This document shows positions 29,890 to 40,689 of a stretch of 64,000 bases of DNA, piece after piece (position 1 is the stretch's first letter; each line of letters starts with the position of its first letter). The stretch lies in NCBI GenBank assembly GCA_963717465.1, contig OY970340.1, forward strand, positions 416,001-480,000, written 5' to 3'. Under the pieces are notes generated by a model. The model was not told where the DNA came from. It searched no databases and was given only the letters and a program-made list of their open reading frames with translations. This DNA is from Candidatus Bathyarchaeota archaeon (GTDB lineage: Archaea; Thermoproteota; Bathyarchaeia; Bathyarchaeales; Bathycorpusculaceae). A program made the position numbers and the translations under genes.

Positions 29890-30659
29890 ATGACCATCAC
29901 CGATGACAAAACAAGCCCAGAATCGCTACTTAATTTACTGAACAGCCTAAGACTCGAGATAAAGAACCTAAGAACCGAAATAAACCATGTAGAAGAAACA
30001 TTAGTAAGAGAACGTCTCCGTCACATAGAGGATACTCTCTCTCAAAAACATCTTTCAGTTTATGTCAGCCAGAGATCCGAAAAGTTAAATGAAGACATTA
30101 ACTCATTGCTGAACTCAAGTTGCAAAAACAAACAGGAATGCCTATCGCACTACATAGAAACTATCGAGAATAATTCTAAAATTATTAAAGAATCAGGCAC
30201 GCAAAAAGCACTCTCTGACTTAGATGCCCAAATAGCTGAAACCGAATTAATGGTTGAAAAAACAAAAGGCAAAGCCTGTGAGGCATGCTTTTCAAATTTT
30301 AATAAGAGATTAAAAAACGCGAAAAAAGGGCCTATCAGGAAATCGTCTTAGTAGAAGATGTTTCAAAACCAAAACCAAACACAGTTCTAAATATTCCTTT
30401 TCTAGTCGATTCCTTGTTTGAGCCATTATCCAACGCTACCCGACTTAAAATCTTGGCCACAATTTACGAAGGAAAAAAGAGTTTTTCTGAACTTTCAAAA
30501 ATAGTCGACCTTAAAGCAGGCCACCTTGTATTTCACCTAAAAAAACTCGTAAATGCAAAACTAATAACTCAAGAAGCCTCAAAAGGAGACTACATAATCA
30601 CCAAGAAAGGCTTCACGCTTGTCAAGAAACTGCTTTCCTTACAAACTGAAAGCCAATGA
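29890..30659 (+). CDS. ArsR-family wHTH regulator with coiled-coil/Cys N-domain (frameshift near 30315)
   Basis: EPLSNATRLKIL, SFSELS, GHLVFHLKKL in the second ORF; CEAC in the first. Confidence 0.8.
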
Positions 30660-30772
30660 ATTTGCAGAGTTTAATGCAACTTCTAATTGCCAATTAGTCG
30701 ATTATGGCTTAAGCGTTGCTTTTCTAGAAATAGTTAAATTTTAACGCTAACAACTGTCAATCGGGGAAACAG

Positions 30773-31183
30773 ATGGATGAGACTGACAAGAAAATAATTA
30801 AGCTACTCAAAGATGACGGAAGAGCAGGCTACGGTGAAATCGGAGCCAAGGTTGACTTAACTGAAGGAGCCGTTAGAAAAAGAATAAAGACGTTAATCGA
30901 TGATGGAATCATAAGAAAATTCACGGTTAAGATGGGAATTACAGAAGGCGCTGAAGCCATAACTCTGCTCGCTATAAACCCCGCGTTTCCAACTCAAGAA
31001 GTCTCAAAAAGAATACAGGCCATTCCGAACGTTGAAACAACCTACGAAGTAACGGGCGAATACGACATTGTAGCAGTCATAGGTGGAATGAACGTGGTAG
31101 AAGTAAACGAGTGCATAGAAAAAATCCGCCATGTCGAAGGCATAATGAAAACAAACACCATGATCGTACTACGCAGCTGGTAA
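30773..31183 (+). CDS. lysM: Lrp/AsnC regulator, LysM-like
   Basis: EGAVRKRI HTH; PTQEVSKRI...YEVTGEYDI...TNTMIVLRSW resembles crenarchaeal LysM. Confidence 0.7.
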   Translation: MDETDKKIIKLLKDDGRAGYGEIGAKVDLTEGAVRKRIKTLIDDGIIRKFTVKMGITEGAEAITLLAINPAFPTQEVSKRIQAIPNVETTYEVTGEYDIVAVIGGMNVVEVNECIEKIRHVEGIMKTNTMIVLRSW

Positions 31184-31292
31184 AAATGTCATTATTCAGA
31201 GATTAGTTAATTAACTGTTAATTTAATTTCCATCGATTAGCATTTTTATGGTTAAGATTGCTGACCAAAATCAGTCGAATACTTCTCCCTTT

Positions 31293-31653
31293 TTAGGCTG
31301 GCGGTGCTTCTTTGTCCATTTGTTGAAGCAACTGCTTAATTGAATCTTTGAGAGGCGGTATATCTTCTTTTACAGCCTTCCAAAGAACCTGCGGATTTAC
31401 GCCAAAATATTCATGAATTAGCTTATCACGAGTACCAGCGATCATTTTCCAAGGGATCTGAGGATATTTTTCCTTGGTTTCAAACGAGATACGCTTCGTT
31501 GCCTCACCGATAATCTCAAAGTTTCGTACTACTGCATCAATTGTTTTATCATCTTCCGAAAACTCTGCAAAAGTAAGACCTTCAACGTATTTTTCTATTT
31601 TTTGATAGCATCAAAATATCATCCAGATATAAACGAGCGTCTCTTTTAAACAT
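31293..31653 (-). CDS. HEPN/DUF86 (HepT-like) RNase toxin, not in the ORF track (frameshifts near the 5' end)
   Basis: Manual translation: DAVVRNFEIIGEA...IPWKMIAGTRDKLIHEYFGV (RxxxxH). Confidence 0.88.
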
Positions 31654-31936
31654 AAATCGCCTCGTTTAATATCCTATCCTTTATTCTAGGCTTGAGAGCA
31701 TCCCGCATAACCAAATCAACCTTAACACCAAGCTGCTGGCTCAAAAAATCTTCAAGCTCTACGAATTTGAAGAGACTAATGGGTTCATAAAAATCAACGA
31801 GAACATCAAGGTCACTTGTGCTATCTTGTTCGCCCCGCACATAAGAACCGAAAAGACCGATATTCTTCACTTTGTAGTTTTGTTTTAATTTTGGTTTGAG
31901 TAATTCAAGTTTATTTTTTAAATCGTTAAGACTCAT
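31646..31936 (-). CDS. Minimal nucleotidyltransferase (MNT) antitoxin
   Basis: FGSYVRGE..SDLDVLV, VDLV; overlaps the HEPN start. Confidence 0.92.
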   Translation of the reverse strand: MSLNDLKNKLELLKPKLKQNYKVKNIGLFGSYVRGEQDSTSDLDVLVDFYEPISLFKFVELEDFLSQQLGVKVDLVMRDALKPRIKDRILNEAIYV

Positions 31937-32117
31937 ACAAGAACAGAATATGAGTTATCGATTATATTTAGTTTTTACCTTTACTATCTTGAGTAGAAAG
32001 CAAGCAGTTTTTGCAAGTGCCAAATTTTTTAAAAACAAGGAAGATTAAAAAAGATACAGATAAACGTAACACAGATAAGCAACCGTATTTTAAAAATTGC
32101 TAAGAAGGGCAAACAAG

Positions 32118-33143
32118 TTGGCTAAAACTTACAATGTCGCCATCCTTAAGGGCGATGGAATTGGACCAGAAGTCACAGAAGCAACCATAAACGTTCTGGA
32201 CATGATCCAGGAAAAGTCAGATTTCAAATTGAATTATCTTTATGGCGAAGCAGGTTTTCACTGTATAGAAAAGTATGGCACAAACCTGCCTAAAGAAACT
32301 GTTGAGTTGATTAAGCAGACCAAGGCTTGCCTGAAGGGTCCGATGACGACTCCTGAAGAGCCAGGTGCACCAGTAAGCGTCGCAGTTACGCTTCGCAGGA
32401 TGTTTAATCTTTATGCGAATGTGCGTCCATGTAGAAGCTTTCCAAGCGTTGAATCCCTGAAGCCAAACATTGACTTAATCGTTGTCCGGGAAAACACTGA
32501 AGGCTTGTATTCAGGCGCAGAATCCTTGCTTGCTCCAGGCGTTGGAATTGCTTTGCGAATAATTACCAGAGAAGCTTCCTTGAAAATTGCGGATTTCGCT
32601 TTCAAGCTGGCAACTCAACGCAGAAAGCACTTGACGTATGTTCACAAAGGTAACATTCTAAGAATCACAGATGGCATATTCAAAGACGCGGTGAAAGAGA
32701 CTCAACAGAAATATCCTGACGTAACCGTTGATGATTTACACATTGACGCTGCAACAATGCAGCTCATCAAGAAACCAGAGTCGTACGATGTGATGGTTAC
32801 GACTAATCTTTTCGGCGACATCCTTTCAGACGAAGCGGCGCAAGTTACTGGAAGTTTAGGGTTAGCAGCAGGAGCAAACATTGGCCAAACCTACGGCATG
32901 TTCGAGCCAGTTCACGGAAGTGCACCAAAATACACAGGCATGAACCGCGTAAATCCAATAGCCACGATAATGGCTGCCTCAATGATGCTTGATTACCTTG
33001 GCGAAAAGAACGCGGCACAAAAAATCGAGAATGCCATAATTTATGTGCTTAAAGAAGGCAAAGTAAGAACCGCAGATCTAAATGGTTCAGCTACGACGAG
33101 CGAAATGGGCAAAGCCATATCTGAAAAAATAAAAATTTCCTAA
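32118..33143 (+). CDS. Isocitrate/isopropylmalate dehydrogenase family (possibly homoisocitrate dehydrogenase)
   Basis: GDGIGPEV, RENTEGLY, HKGN, NLFGDILSD, EPVHGSAP; TTG start. Confidence 0.9.
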   Translation: MAKTYNVAILKGDGIGPEVTEATINVLDMIQEKSDFKLNYLYGEAGFHCIEKYGTNLPKETVELIKQTKACLKGPMTTPEEPGAPVSVAVTLRRMFNLYANVRPCRSFPSVESLKPNIDLIVVRENTEGLYSGAESLLAPGVGIALRIITREASLKIADFAFKLATQRRKHLTYVHKGNILRITDGIFKDAVKETQQKYPDVTVDDLHIDAATMQLIKKPESYDVMVTTNLFGDILSDEAAQVTGSLGLAAGANIGQTYGMFEPVHGSAPKYTGMNRVNPIATIMAASMMLDYLGEKNAAQKIENAIIYVLKEGKVRTADLNGSATTSEMGKAISEKIKIS

Positions 33144-33155
33144 ACCTTTATGGCG

Positions 33156-33993
33156 CTATTGCATGTTGACGAACGAGTTCGAATCAACGTGGACTTCTAA
33201 TTCGCCATTTTGAGCCTCCTTTACTCGTGCGTTAACCAAGTTGATTTTTGTATTCGGCTTAAGCGTTTTCAGTTCTTTTGCTTTCTCATCCCAAGCAACA
33301 ATCTTGATTGTTCCAGATTCATCTGCAATTAAAAAACGCATCACTAAACCATCTGTCATGTCGCTTCGAGTGAAGCTGGTTGAACCCAAAATTTGCTTGA
33401 CAATCCCTGAAATAATCGCAGATTTACAGTTTTTATTTAATTCACTAATTTTGCTTGAGAATTTCTCTGCGAGCGGGTAATCATAAACAGCTTGATCTTG
33501 TGGGATAATTTCAATTTGGCCTCTTGTGCCAAGATGCAATTCGATTTTGCCAAAATGATCTTCACGAGTGTACCCATGAGAAAACCTGACAATTTCACCT
33601 GGTTTCAGTGGGCTTTTTTCAATCATGTCAGCTTTTTCATTCCACAGTACGACCCTTAAAACCCCATCATTGTCAACCATCATTAAAGAGCAGTATTTGC
33701 CTGCTGACTTCTCGCCTTGAAAAGTCTTAACTGGGAAAACCGCTATTAACCTTCCAGCAACAGTCACATCGTTTAAGCCTGCAAGCAGGTTGCCTGAAGA
33801 TAAGCTTTCACTGTAAACTCTATTATGGGAAACTTCAACACCGTACTTAACGGCTATGCAACGCAAAAGTGTTTCATCACCAAGCAAACCGCCAGTTTTA
33901 GATTTTTCAGCCTGTATCATAGCAAAGATTTGTTCCCTAGTAATCTCTGGTTGCTTTGCAAGAATTTGCTTGATTAATTCTTCAGCTAGCCAT
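33156..33993 (-). CDS. OB-fold ssDNA-binding/RPA-like protein (frameshift just after ATG 33993)
   Basis: Two OB folds (D..G.LRVVLW; DESGTIKIVAW); N-terminal GGLL.DE helix. Confidence 0.8.
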
Positions 33994-34100
33994 GTTAAAC
34001 CTTCACGTATTAACCTTGGTTATTTTAAATTTTTGCACAAACAAGAAATGCGGCTAAGTTTATTAAATGCACATTCATTTTAAGAAACCTGTAGTAAAGA

Positions 34101-34371
34101 ATGGACCCACAAATTCTCTACACATTCGGCACTGCATTAATCATTGTAGGAATAATTCTTATAATCGCAGCAGTTGCAGTAATTTCTATTCGTAAAGGCA
34201 AAGACGAAAAAACCAAAACCGAAACTAAGCTGCTGGAATAATCATGATTGGGCCAATCCCGATAATTTTTGGAACAGACAAAAAATCAGTTAAAACATAA
34301 TAATACTTGCATTAGCACTTACGATTGTGCTCGTGATTGCGATGATAATATATTATTTCCTTTTGGGGTAA
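34101..34371 (+). CDS. DUF131/TIGR00304 membrane protein (frameshifted, not in ORF track)
   Basis: Manual translation: GIIMIGPIPIIFGTD. Confidence 0.75.
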
Positions 34372-34376
34372 AAAAC

Positions 34377-34687
34377 ATGCTTAGGCTCAGTGATACCCAA
34401 GAAAACGACGAAGATGAAGGAATAAGCTTTTCCAGCAGACTTTTTGGGGTCTTAATTTTAGGGTTTCTTTTAGTTTTTGTGGGCATAATTGTTTTGGCTA
34501 TTGCTTCCGCTTTCAGCAGTCGAATCAGGAAGTTTCAGTGCAGTAATTTTTATCGGTCCTATTCCAATCGTTTTCGGTGCGGGACCAAATGCTTACTTGG
34601 TTAATTTTAATTGGTATTTTACTTGCTGCTTTAAGCATAGTGTTTTTTTACTTATTTGTTAGGAAAAAGAGGTTCTATGATTACTGA
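34377..34687 (+). CDS. Second DUF131 membrane protein (frameshifted; 3' end approximate)
   Basis: Manual translation: VIFIGPIPIVFGAG in a shifted frame. Confidence 0.7.
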
Positions 34688-34803
34688 TTTGTCTGCTCTT
34701 CATCCTCGCCATAATAAGCGTATAGGAAAATTAGAACTAGAGCTATGAATGCGCAACCCATTAGCATATATTCCAGTGCTGTGAAGAAAGCACCTAAGTC
34801 CAT
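34681..34803 (-). CDS. Small single-TM protein (40 aa)
   Basis: AGGAG RBS, MDLGAFF... TM helix and acidic tail. Confidence 0.45.
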   Translation of the reverse strand: MDLGAFFTALEYMLMGCAFIALVLIFLYAYYGEDEEQTNQ

Positions 34804-34850
34804 TGATATTCTCCTTTGCAGCTTATCTATTCTTGTAACGTCATTAATAT

Positions 34851-35264
34851 TTAAGGAGTAGCTTTTTTCCATTCATTCATCACCTGTTCATAAACCTCAT
34901 CGTGCTCTTCCAAGTTTTCAAACCAGCTTAAATTTTGAGCAATTCTCTGAGCAAGCAGATGGTAACACATGTGAACCTTCTTATCAAGTACTCTGAAGTA
35001 AAAGTCGTCGCAAGTGCAGAATTCAGCTTCAGGCATTATCAAGTAATCTCGCTCTTTACCAACAACTATCCAAACTGTTCTGCCGCTTGGTTTGAAAACG
35101 TATTTTTTTACTCGATTCTCTTTTAACGCGTCTAATGCCCTTGTGAATCGCTGACCAAAAAGCTCGTAGAGGCTTGTAAGGTTGTTTCCTGAAAGTTTAC
35201 CCGTTGATTTTGCTTCTCTGCAGATCGCATTTAATGTGTCTAATTCTGAGTTATCGTCGTTCAT
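34851..35264 (-). CDS. SWIM zinc-finger protein
   Basis: FCTCDDF...CYH. Confidence 0.85.
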   Translation of the reverse strand: MNDDNSELDTLNAICREAKSTGKLSGNNLTSLYELFGQRFTRALDALKENRVKKYVFKPSGRTVWIVVGKERDYLIMPEAEFCTCDDFYFRVLDKKVHMCYHLLAQRIAQNLSWFENLEEHDEVYEQVMNEWKKATP

Positions 35265-35308
35265 TTATACACTCGCTTAACAGGAGAAAATTGACAGTCT
35301 TGACGCTT

Positions 35309-35913
35309 TTAGTCTATGTTGATTGGTTCTCCTTTTGGATCTTTTTTTGGTTCAGCTTTTGGAATTACTACTTCTAACACTCCGTTTTTGTAAGTCGAGG
35401 CTGCTTGCTTAATTTGTACTTTTGTGGGTAATTCTACGTCCTTGTAGTATTTGTATTGAGGTGTATCAACTGAAATCGTTAATGAGTCTTCGGTACCGTG
35501 AAGTTTAATGTCGGTTTTTTCTACACCTGGAAGCTCAACTACAACTCGGATTTCAGTATCGGTTTCAACAGTGTCGACAAGTGGTTCACGTTCTTCTTTT
35601 ACTTCTGGACCAGTTAAGCTTTTTTTGAGGTTGCCAAACTTGTTAATTTCCGGTTTCCCATCTGGCCCAATCTTCATGCTGTAGCCATAAACAAAGGGAC
35701 CGAATTCTTTAACTGTACTGCCATCAGGAAGCTTGCGTTCTTTAACGTAATCCTTCGGAACTTTTTCAGTGAATTTTTAAGTTCATTTTCCATCATCTTC
35801 TCCATTTCATTGAACAATGCATCTATGTCACCGAAAAACGGGTCTTTAGAATTTCGCCGCTTTTTGAACCATTCAGGATAATCGTCATCATCTGAAGACA
35901 ATTCATTCACCAA
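35309..35913 (-). CDS. hsp20: Archaeal small heat-shock protein Hsp20 (frameshift near 35775)
   Basis: GPFVYGYS (shifted frame), IGPDGKP, REPLVD, ELPGVEK, YKNGVLEV. Confidence 0.9.
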
Positions 35914-36019
35914 ATTATTCTTGAGTTTTTCAATCCAATAAGTGTTATGTTACAAACCAAGCGTAACGCACATTAAAAAAAGCAAGCGTTCAACTCCACA
36001 TTTTCAAATTAATTTGCGA

Positions 36020-36862
36020 TTATATTTTCTTGAGCTGGCTTAAAGTTCCCAAGTATATGCCATCGAGCATGTAAATTTCAGCGTCATTCACATCCACAGC
36101 TTCCGAACGCAAAACTGGCCCAATTAAAGCTTCGCTGCCTACGCCTTTGCGCGGATGCATTTCATTTATGGGTCTGCCGCCCAAAAAATCGTTGAAACTC
36201 GGCATGATGAAAAGTTGCCTTGCCTTAGCCTTAATGTTATAGTTTTTCTCTAAAGTTTCGGTAAGTGTTCCTTCAATTTTGACGTTATGCTTTTGAAGAA
36301 GATTTTTGGTTAATAGTTCTGTGTTACATTTCGCTTTCATCCATACTTGCCTGTTAACCTTAAAGCCTGCTGGGTCCTTGAAGACTACTACAGGATGAAC
36401 GTGCCCCATGACAAGCGTTTTGCATGCTAGAAGTGCCGGTGAAGGCCACATGTGACCATGAAAAACTCCTACGTCCCCAATTACTGCGCCGGTTGCGGGA
36501 AGAAGCTCGACTTTTTCAGGCAGAAGAGGATCTAAGTTTGCGTCGTGGTTTCCTCGCACGATTGAAATGTTGCTTATGATTTTTGTTAGTTCTGAAAAGA
36601 AGTCGGGGATGTCATGCCACTCGCCGAGTTCAGCTTTTATTACTGTGTACTTTACGTCGCCAAGGATAACTAGTTCATTTGGCTTGTATTGATTGATGAT
36701 TACGGTTAGTTTTGAGAGGAGCTTTTGCGTTTGGCTGGGTATATGTATGCCTTTTTCTTGTAGGGCAGTTTCCCAACCGATATGGGGGTCAGCTATGAGG
36801 AGAGTTTTTGTTTTTTCTGTTTTTATTAAGGCTGCAGGATGTGGCAAAAGTAAAATTAGCAT
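36020..36862 (-). CDS. Metallophosphoesterase
   Basis: ADPHIG, LGD, GNHD, HGH, GHVHP. Confidence 0.88.
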   Translation of the reverse strand: MLILLLPHPAALIKTEKTKTLLIADPHIGWETALQEKGIHIPSQTQKLLSKLTVIINQYKPNELVILGDVKYTVIKAELGEWHDIPDFFSELTKIISNISIVRGNHDANLDPLLPEKVELLPATGAVIGDVGVFHGHMWPSPALLACKTLVMGHVHPVVVFKDPAGFKVNRQVWMKAKCNTELLTKNLLQKHNVKIEGTLTETLEKNYNIKAKARQLFIMPSFNDFLGGRPINEMHPRKGVGSEALIGPVLRSEAVDVNDAEIYMLDGIYLGTLSQLKKI

Positions 36863-37686
36863 TAGGGTTTTACCAAACTGAGGATTGTTTCGTGAATTTG
36901 CTTGTTGCCTGAAGCAACGAACTTTAACGTTTCTTTAGGATCTAACCGGTTATTCAACAGTTTATTTTCTGGAGTAGTAACCAACCCACCGGCTTCTTTG
37001 ATGATTAAAAAACCAGCGGCTACATCAGTTGTTCGAAGTTTTCCTCGGATATCAACAAAGGCATCGGTTAATCCATTGGCAACGTAGCATAGTTCAAGCG
37101 CGTTAGCCCCATAATGTCGAATATGTTTAGTCTTTCCGATTAGGTCTGTTAGGCGAGGGGCAACTTCTTTAACCTTATAAGTATTCAAGTCTAAGCCTAT
37201 GACTGCTTCTTCTAAACTTGTAACTTTTGAAGGCTTGATTTTTTCGCCGTCACGGTAAGCGCCTTTTCCTTCAAGCGCAGTGTAGGTGATATCGTGGAAA
37301 AGATCTGTAACTGAACCCGCGTAAACTTCGGATAGGAAGGGTTTTCTGGATATCGCTATTGACGAAGCATAGAATGGCAAACCCCTGACCAAGTTAGTTG
37401 TTCCATCAATCGGGTCGATAGTTACGTAGCATTCATCGGGTTTTTCCCCGAATTTTAGAAAGCCTGATTCTTCACTGATCAAAGTAAAAGAAACATTATT
37501 TTTTTGGAGAGTTTCAACGATTGCTTTTTCAGCAGCTAAATCGACTGGTTTCATGGGATCTCCACCAGCGCCTCTTCCTAAGTCAGGTTGCGGTTCATTC
37601 AATTTTTTAAGATGAGGTTTAATGCTTTTCTCAACGTTGTTTTTGCATTCCGCTAAAACTTTAAGCCAGTCAGGTTGGTTTTTCAT
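36862..37686 (-). CDS. suhB: Inositol monophosphatase / FBPase class IV
   Basis: SEE, IDPIDGTTN, DVAAG. Confidence 0.85.
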   Translation of the reverse strand: MKNQPDWLKVLAECKNNVEKSIKPHLKKLNEPQPDLGRGAGGDPMKPVDLAAEKAIVETLQKNNVSFTLISEESGFLKFGEKPDECYVTIDPIDGTTNLVRGLPFYASSIAISRKPFLSEVYAGSVTDLFHDITYTALEGKGAYRDGEKIKPSKVTSLEEAVIGLDLNTYKVKEVAPRLTDLIGKTKHIRHYGANALELCYVANGLTDAFVDIRGKLRTTDVAAGFLIIKEAGGLVTTPENKLLNNRLDPKETLKFVASGNKQIHETILSLVKP

Positions 37687-37759
37687 CAAGTTTACCTTCT
37701 CTGTTTGATATTGTGCAGTCCAATTGATAAAGACTGTCAATGAAAAGGTATGTGATCAG

Positions 37760-38194
37760 CTAACAGACAGAGCTTGATGTGATATTTAGCGTTGCATCAG
37801 GCACTACTTGAATCCACCAGTTAAGCGCTGTAAATGAATCGTTATAATAAATGATAAGTCTTGAAACTGAATCAATGCTTGCACAGCATGGAACGTTGCC
37901 ATTCCAAACTAATGTTTCTGTTTCACCAGGATTAAGCGTTAAATTCTGTGCAATCCCTGCCCATGACCATGAATTGCCTTCAAAAGCCGCGTTAACTGAC
38001 CAGTTACCTGCCGCGCCTCCACTGTTTGTAAAGCTAACTTGCACTGTGAATGCCGCTCCTTGAGTCTTGTCGACGACACAGTTTTGGTCTTGAGTTACTA
38101 TCAAAGAACATGCATTGGTCGTCATCGAGAAACAAGCAATGACCACTAAAAAAGCTATAACTATGCATGGCGCAACGTACTTCTTAATGCCCAT
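37760..38194 (-). CDS. Secreted hypothetical protein (Ig-like beta domain)
   Basis: Signal peptide; V.FTNSG, L.PGET.TL.W pattern. Confidence 0.6.
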   Translation of the reverse strand: MGIKKYVAPCIVIAFLVVIACFSMTTNACSLIVTQDQNCVVDKTQGAAFTVQVSFTNSGGAAGNWSVNAAFEGNSWSWAGIAQNLTLNPGETETLVWNGNVPCCASIDSVSRLIIYYNDSFTALNWWIQVVPDATLNITSSSVC

Positions 38195-38274
38195 TTCCCT
38201 TTCCCCTCTTTAGCTAGTGGATGCACCCTTGTTAATAATTATTTTGAAAAAATTGGCCGATTGCACTATCCATG

Positions 38275-39594
38275 TTATGGAGTTAACCTGATTCTATCTC
38301 GTGGGTAAAGAGTGACTTCGCGAATGTTTTTCTTTCCTGTTAGGATCATTGTTAGTCTTTCAAGGCCGATTGCCCATCCAGCGTGAGGGGGCATGCCATA
38401 ATCAAAAGCCTGTAGGTGATGGTTGAAAGAGTCGGGATTCAAGCCTTTTTCCTGTAACCTCTTGATTAAAAGCTCTTTTTCAGCGATTCTTGTACCGCCT
38501 GAAACCAATTCAATGTAACGCCACATTAAGTCGAATCCTTCGCAAAGTTCAGGATTATCTTCGCGTGGTTTAATGTAGAAGGCTTTAGAATGGGTTGGCC
38601 AATCAGTTAAGAAGTAAAAGAACGGGTAGAGTTTGCCTAGAACTCTGAAAGCTTCTGTTGGGATGTCTTGTCCCCATGGCACTTCAACGCCTTCTTTTTT
38701 GAGGTCGCTTAAGACTTGATCGTAGGTTAACCGTTTAAAGGGTAAAATTGGGACTGCAAACTTGTATTTCAATGTGGACAGTTGACTGCGGCACTTTTCC
38801 TGAACGGTCATGCAGGCATGGTGTATTACCTGCTCAAGTAGAGCCATAACGTCGTTGGCGTTACTGAACGCTTGCTCAATATCGATCGAGGTGAATTCGC
38901 TTAAATGACGCCTTGTATGTGATTCTTCAGCCCTAAAAAAGGGACCAACCTCAAAAACCTTTTCGAAACTGAGAACTAATTGCTCTTTATATAACTGCGG
39001 ACTTTGGGCAAGGTAAGCTTTTCGACCAAAATAATCGACGTTGAATAATTCTGCGCCGCCTTCCGTTGCTGACGCGATGATTCTTGGCGTGTGGACTTCT
39101 AAGAAGCCTTTTTCGAAAAGAAAGTCACGTATTGAAGACAAGGCGACATGCTGAATTTTAAACACAGCTAGGTTTTGTTCTTGACAAAGATCCAACGGTC
39201 TTGCGTCTAATCTGACTTCGATGTTAGCGGGAGTTTTACCTGTTACGTCGAGTGGAAGCTGTTCAGATGCAACGTTTAAGATTTTGATTTGGCTTGGAAT
39301 TAATTCGACGCCTCTTGAAGTCATAGATGTCTTCTTAACGGTGCCTTTGACGGCGATTGTGAAGCGTCTCTGCAAAAGTTCAGACTTAGATAGGACCTCA
39401 GGATTAATTTTTTTCTTAGGAAGCGTAACCTGTAGGGTGCCTTTGTTGTCTTGTAATATAATAAATCGGATTCCGCCTAAGTCACGTATATCCTGCACCC
39501 AACCAAAAACCGTTATTTCTTGATTATCTAATTCTGGCGTTACGGTGTCTGTATAATTAGACCTAATCCAATCCACAATGGAATCCAGCTTCAT
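38275..39594 (-). CDS. aspS: Aspartyl-tRNA synthetase (archaeal, likely non-discriminating)
   Basis: GWVQDIRDLG, LAQSPQLYK, FRAEES, GMPPHAG..IGLER. Confidence 0.96.
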   Translation of the reverse strand: MKLDSIVDWIRSNYTDTVTPELDNQEITVFGWVQDIRDLGGIRFIILQDNKGTLQVTLPKKKINPEVLSKSELLQRRFTIAVKGTVKKTSMTSRGVELIPSQIKILNVASEQLPLDVTGKTPANIEVRLDARPLDLCQEQNLAVFKIQHVALSSIRDFLFEKGFLEVHTPRIIASATEGGAELFNVDYFGRKAYLAQSPQLYKEQLVLSFEKVFEVGPFFRAEESHTRRHLSEFTSIDIEQAFSNANDVMALLEQVIHHACMTVQEKCRSQLSTLKYKFAVPILPFKRLTYDQVLSDLKKEGVEVPWGQDIPTEAFRVLGKLYPFFYFLTDWPTHSKAFYIKPREDNPELCEGFDLMWRYIELVSGGTRIAEKELLIKRLQEKGLNPDSFNHHLQAFDYGMPPHAGWAIGLERLTMILTGKKNIREVTLYPRDRIRLTP

Positions 39595-39607
39595 AAAATT
39601 CAACCTT

Positions 39608-40117
39608 TCAATCAGCGAATTCTACGCGCAATGACATTTTTCTTACTTTACTAGCAATCTCTTTTAACGACTTAAGGTCGAAAGGCAACTGTGCGCCACG
39701 TTTTCTCTTTAAAATTACACGCGTTTCAGTGGTTCCGTCAGGAAGCCAAATCGTGTTAATCGTTAATATGCTAAAAGGTATAAAAAGGTCCTCCAAGAAT
39801 TTACGGTCGTCAACACCGTTTTCGAGAATTCTAACGGATTTTCCAGTCTCGTCGCCTAATGCTTTAATGATTTTTCCGCCGTACCCAAGAAGCCTTGGCA
39901 CATCGCCGTGACCAATTATTATGGCTGAAGTTTTTCCCACATCAACAGCTTTACAAAATGTGACATTTTGCAATGAAGGATACTTTTCTTCTAGTGACTG
40001 AAGTAAACGAGCAATTTTCAGGTCTAACTCGGTTATCTCGCCAGCTTTAACTTTAGCTGCGCATTTTTGGCATAGTATGCCGCTTTTTAAGCAAAAACTA
40101 CATAGTTCCGTTTTCAT
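39608..40117 (-). CDS. NusA-like KH-domain protein with Zn-binding N-terminus
   Basis: CSFCLKSGILCQKC, G.GGKIIK KH motif, INTIWLPDG. Confidence 0.8.
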   Translation of the reverse strand: MKTELCSFCLKSGILCQKCAAKVKAGEITELDLKIARLLQSLEEKYPSLQNVTFCKAVDVGKTSAIIIGHGDVPRLLGYGGKIIKALGDETGKSVRILENGVDDRKFLEDLFIPFSILTINTIWLPDGTTETRVILKRKRGAQLPFDLKSLKEIASKVRKMSLRVEFAD

Positions 40118-40172
40118 CCGAGTTTCACCTGCAACTTAGGAGTCAGCATTAGCTTTCTTGGCCGAAAGACGA

Positions 40173-40448
40173 TTATCTCTGTAGCGTTATTTCGATAGTG
40201 CTAACATTGGTAAGCTGTGCTTCATCCTGCTGTTGAAGCTGATCAGTTCCAATACCGATTCGAACAACTTTCACATCGGGCAGGAACCTGCGTCTCACAA
40301 CTTCCGCAACATCAATTGCTCTGCTTATGGCTTTTCCACGCGCCTTAATTTGGACCTGCTTAGTCCCTCCATGGAAAAACGTGATGCAAGCGAGGACATA
40401 GTTCATTACCGGTTTTTTCCCAATGAATACAGTGTTGTTCTCGGTCAC
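40173..40448 (-). CDS. albA: Chromatin protein Alba
   Basis: [37 protein letters not shown] start. Confidence 0.95.
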   Translation of the reverse strand: MTENNTVFIGKKPVMNYVLACITFFHGGTKQVQIKARGKAISRAIDVAEVVRRRFLPDVKVVRIGIGTDQLQQQDEAQLTNVSTIEITLQR

Positions 40449-40689
40449 GCCTAAGCCTTTCTCCCAGTTTAATTTTAGGTTATGCTTCACTAAAGCTTTT
40501 TTTCCGAACATAAATACATTTTGGTAATTCCTTGGTTTTTGACTGAATGATTGTTAAGCGATTTCTTTCACAGTTTAAAATCCAGTTCTCTTTTGTGACA
40601 ATCATTGTATGATTAAGCATCAAATTCTTAAGTAACCTTGCAATTTAAAAGGTTCAAGTTACTGAAGGCAACAAAGGAGAAGGGTTATT

